Below are positions 60,072-64,000 of a stretch of 64,000 bases of DNA, in pieces. Source of the stretch: Zygnema circumcarinatum SAG 698-1b (taxonomy: Eukaryota; Plantae; Zygnematophyceae); assembly GCA_037447605.1 (NCBI GenBank), contig CM074811.1:2914001-2978000 (forward strand), in the 5' to 3' direction. The position numbers and the translations under genes were made by a program. The notes under the pieces are model-generated. The model saw only the letters and a list, made by a program, of their open reading frames with translations. It was not told the origin of the DNA and searched no databases. Numbering within the stretch: the stretch's first letter is position 1; each line of letters starts with the position of its first letter.

Positions 60072-61189
60072 CGCGGCCAAGCGCCCGCCGGAGACACCAG
60101 GGGACGGGACGCGGGGGCGGCCAGAGGCGAGGAGAGGGCGGGGAGGGGCGGGAGGGAGGGGCCTGCGGGGAGGGAGGGCGCCTTCCTCCGCCAAGGCTTG
60201 GGACAGGGACGGACGGCGGCGCGGTTGCGCGGGGTTACTATATACTATGGGACTGCCATACCTCGTACGAATGGCGGTCTCGATGCACCGACACTTATAT
60301 ACGGTCAGGATGCTTCCACCGACATTATTAATAAGGCACGGACATCACAAGAGGAGGCCGCGAGCCAATGCGCGCTGTGGACCAATCAGCATCGGTCAAT
60401 TTCTTTCGCGCCAGCTCGCATACAGTGCGGCGGCTTCCGCCATGGCTTGCGGGGACCGCGGGGCGCATCATGACAAAGCTGCCCACCCAGGATTCCAGCT
60501 GGTGGTCTCACTGCATACGGACGGACAACTGGAGTCATGCCACGTCACATGTCAACCGAGCGCACTGATTGGCTGCGGTGAGATTTGCGGTGTGCATCCA
60601 GAGCGCCCATGATGAATGGGCGGTGAAGGAGACAAAACATTTCCTGAGCTGACTACCGATGTATTTTATTTTTTTGAAAGTTTTTGTTTTTGTGAAGTCA
60701 AATCTTTAATTTCTTTTGGGTACTGAGAAATTCTCACTTTTTTTGGCTAGATACAGAACTTTTTTCGCCGGGCAGATTTTATTTTACAAAAAGGGCAAGT
60801 GATTTCCCGCCCCAATGGATTTATCACTACCCATCTTTTTGAGGATGCCGAAGGAGGCAAACATCTCGCGGCGGACCGCAAATCGAACGGCCGCGAATGA
60901 GACGAATGAGACATGTATCTTTTTCTTCTTGCGAACGAATATGCGGACGGATGGGCCATGCGAATATTATTTCCTCGCTGGCACCTTGCGATTATTTTAC
61001 CGATATGGTCCGTTGAAGAAATTCCGGGCAGCGAATGAGGGAGCGCCGCGTGGCCCCCCGGAAGCCATGGCGGAGGAAGGCGCCCTCCCTCCCCGCAGGC
61101 CCCTCCCTCCCTCCCCTCCGCGCCCTCTCCTCGCCTCTGGCCGCCCCCGCGTCCCGTCCCCTCCTGTCTCCGGCGGGCGCTTGGCCGCG

Positions 61190-64000
61190 ATGGCGCGCGC
61201 GCGGTCTCTCTCTCTCGCGGCGGCGCTCCTCCTCTTTGCCGCCGCCGCCGCCCCGCGCGAAGCCGCCGCTCAGGCCATCGACCCGCGAGACAGTGAGCCG
61301 CCGCGGCCCGCCCGCCCGCCCTCTATGGAAGAAGGGGAGAGGCGGCCTGCCCGCGGCGGGGCCTCTGTTTGTGCTTTTTGAAGCGGACCGCGGCCTCAAT
61401 CCAATCCTGCATCTGCTCGCGCTTGGGCGCAGGGAACACTCTTCTCGCTGTCAAAGCGGCATTCAAATACGTACGAGATGTCACCTCCTGGAAGTGGAGT
61501 AACACCGACTGCAGCAAATGGAGAGGGATCACATGCGACGCAAGCGGTCGCGTTACTTCGCTGTGAGCCACACTTTGACTGACCAATGCTTGTGATTTTG
61601 GAGGGCTCCGCGAATTCCATAGCTGCTGAAATGCAGCCCGAGGCTGCGAGGAGGGTTTTGCGGGAAGAAGCCTCCTCAGAAAGGGAATAAAAAGGGCCGC
61701 CCGGAGCAGTCCTTCTACTGCTCGCGACCCTTCCTCTGACGCTCTCACTGCTAACCTGCCTTATGCAGAAGCTTATGGTTCTCCGACGTTGCAGGAACCA
61801 TTTCACCTACCATCGGCAATCTGACAAAGCTGACATACTTGTAAGTGGCTCCATTCTATAAAGTTCCATAAGGATGCGTTCCATGCATGTTTGCGATTAC
61901 AATGTGCTAGGGAGGGCTCAGATCTTAGGGGTACTAAATTTGTAGAAGCACTGAAGCACAGCAAATTTCCAGGAAGCGGAGATGCCAATTCGTGCGTGCT
62001 CGCGTCCTCGTTAAGTGTCACGTCACGCACACGGACGTGTTGTCGCTGCTCGACTCCGCCGCATTCACTTGAGCATTCTTTCCACGTCACTTTTGCTTGT
62101 GCTGCAAACATGGGCCAGATTTGTGAAGCCTTTCTTTTTCTGATTTTGGCAGAAGCTTGTATGGTAATACCCTAACAGGGTCTATCCCGAATTCTATCGG
62201 AAACCTTGCGAATCTACAAACATTGTAAGTATTTTTCCCCTTAAATCTGAAATGAAAGTGATAGAAATGCCAGACAGAGGAATGACAGTGATAGAAATGC
62301 TATTCGTGGCAGCATGTTTATTCAGTGCCTTATTTTTTTTATTTTTGGCAGATCCTTGGCTTCTAATTCCCTAACTGGATCTATCCCGGATTCTATCGGC
62401 AACCTTGTGAATCTGCAAGGCTTGTAAGTATCTTTCCTCATAAATATGAAATGAAAGTGATAGAAATGTTAGACAATGAAATGCCAGTGATAGAATTGCT
62501 AGTAGTGGAAGCATGTTTATTCAGTGCCTATTTTTTAATTTGGCAGATCCTTGGCTTCTAATTCCCTAACGGGGTCAATCCCGGATTCTATCGGCAACCT
62601 TGCGAATCTGCAAGACTTGTAAGTTTTTTTTGTCAATAAATCTGAAATGAAAGTGATAGAAGTGCTAGTCGTGGCAGCATGTTTATTTAGTACGGGGTCT
62701 TTTTTTTTTTTTTTTGGCAGAGAATTGGTTTTTAATTCCCTAACGGGTCCTATCCCGGATTCTATTGGCAAGCTTGCGAATCTGCAAGGATTGTAAGTAT
62801 ATTTCCTCGTAAATCTGAAATCAAAGTGGTAGAAATGTCAGACAGAGGAATGCCAGTGATAGAAATGCTAGTCGTGGCAGCATGTTTATTGAGTGCCTAC
62901 TTTTTTATTTTTTGGCAGATACTTGTATGGTAATTCCCTAACAGGGTCTATCCCGGATTCTATCGGCATCCTTGTAAATCTGCAAGCATTGTAAGTATTT
63001 TTCCCAATAAATATGAAATGAAAGTGATAGAAATGTTAGACAATGAAATGCCAGTGATAGAATTGCTAGTAGTGGAAGCATGTTTATTCAGTGCCTATTT
63101 TTTAATTTGGCAGAGATCCTTGGCTTCCAATTCCCTAACGGGGTCAATCCCGCATTCTATCGGCAACCTTGTGAATCTGCAGTACTTGTAAGTATTTTTC
63201 CTCATAAATCTGAAATGAAAGTGATAGAAATGCCAGACAAAGGAATGCCAGTGATAGAAATGCTAGTCGTGGCAGCATGTTTATTGAGTGCCTACTTTTT
63301 TATTTTTTGGCAGATACTTGTATGGTAATTCCCTAACAGGGTCTATCCCGGATTCTATCGGCATCCTTGTAAATCTGCAAGCATTGTAAGTATTTTTCCC
63401 AATAAATATGAAATGAAAGTGATAGAAATGTTAGACAATGAAATGCCAGTGATAGAATTGCTAGTAGTGGAAGCATGTTTATTCAGTGCCTATTTTTTAA
63501 TTTGGCAGATCCTTGGCTTCCAATTCCCTAACGGGGTCAATCCCGCATTCTATCGGCAACCTTGTGAATCTGCAGTACTTGTAAGTATTTTTCCTCATAA
63601 ATCTGAAATGAAAGTGATAGAAATGCCAGACAAAGGAATGCCAGTGATAGAAATGCTAGTCGTGGCAGCATGTTTATTGAGTGCCTACTTTTTTATTTTT
63701 TGGCAGATACTTGTATGGTAATTCCCTAACAGGGTCTATCCCGGATTCTATCGGCATCCTTGTAAATCTGCAAGCATTGTAAGTATTTTTCCCAATAAAT
63801 ATGAAATGAAAGTGATAGAAATGTTAGACAATGAAATGCCAGTGATAGAATTGCTAGTAGTGGAAGCATGTTTATTCAGTGCCTATTTTTTAATTTGGCA
63901 GATCCTTGGCTTCCAATTCCCTAACGGGGTCAATCCCGCATTCTATCGGCAACCTTGTGAATCTGCAGTACTTGTAAGTATTTTTCCTCATAAATCTGAA
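61190..64000 (+). CDS. LRR gene B (3' end outside window). Exons 61190-61292, 61433-61562, then 72-nt LRR exons at 61769, 62153, 62352, 62547, 62721, 62919, 63116, 63314, 63509, 63707, 63902
   Basis: Exon 1 has the same sequence as gene A exon 1; N-cap LLAVKAAF...SW...CSKWRGITCD. Each LRR exon is GGCAG|...TT|GTAAGT, phase 2, e.g. SLYGNTLTGSIPNSIGNLANLQTL. The exon at 63116 has an extra AG at its acceptor. Confidence 0.9.
62150..64000 (+). repeat. Tandem array of ~175-200-bp intron+exon cassettes; ~393-bp dimeric higher-order repeat from ~62900
   Basis: Exon starts 62919/63314/63707 (YLYGNSL...LQAL) and 63116/63509/63902 (SLASNSL...LQYL). The intervening introns are near-identical. Confidence 0.95.

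Noticed and set aside
59044-64000. ORF-track peptides such as MKVIEMPDKGMPVIEML... and MPIESGIDPVREL...
   Set aside because: They are intron or antisense readings of the LRR cassette array; the real coding units are the 72-nt exons.

Overview
Eukaryotic nuclear DNA, most likely from a streptophyte green alga (Zygnematophyceae, Closterium-like). This is an inference from GA/CT-microsatellite-filled introns, TTTAGGG-type motifs, a GIGANTEA gene and a bryophyte/alga-type 5S rRNA. I hand-spliced gene models, with phases checked, for GIGANTEA (3' part), a secreted GDPH/root-cap-type protein, a STIG1-like cysteine-rich protein, VPS24/CHMP3, a membrane-anchored C2-like protein, PGAP3/Per1, BRR2 helicase and a METTL25-family methyltransferase; several uncharacterised genes are only partly resolved. 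Two regions stand out. (1) At 39.0-42.0 kb is a nest of small mobile elements around a lone 5S rRNA gene. A 700-bp TIR element is inserted exactly at the 5S 3' end, duplicates its last 8 bp and displaces its oligo-T terminator. (2) At 55.9-64.0 kb is a head-to-head pair of LRR genes. Each 24-aa LRR is a separate 72-nt exon inside tandemly amplified intron+exon cassettes that show higher-order repeats, relic exon ends and variation concentrated at exposed residues. Most long ORFs in the six-frame track are microsatellite artefacts. The ~1.9-kb duplication around the N gap is probably an assembly artefact.
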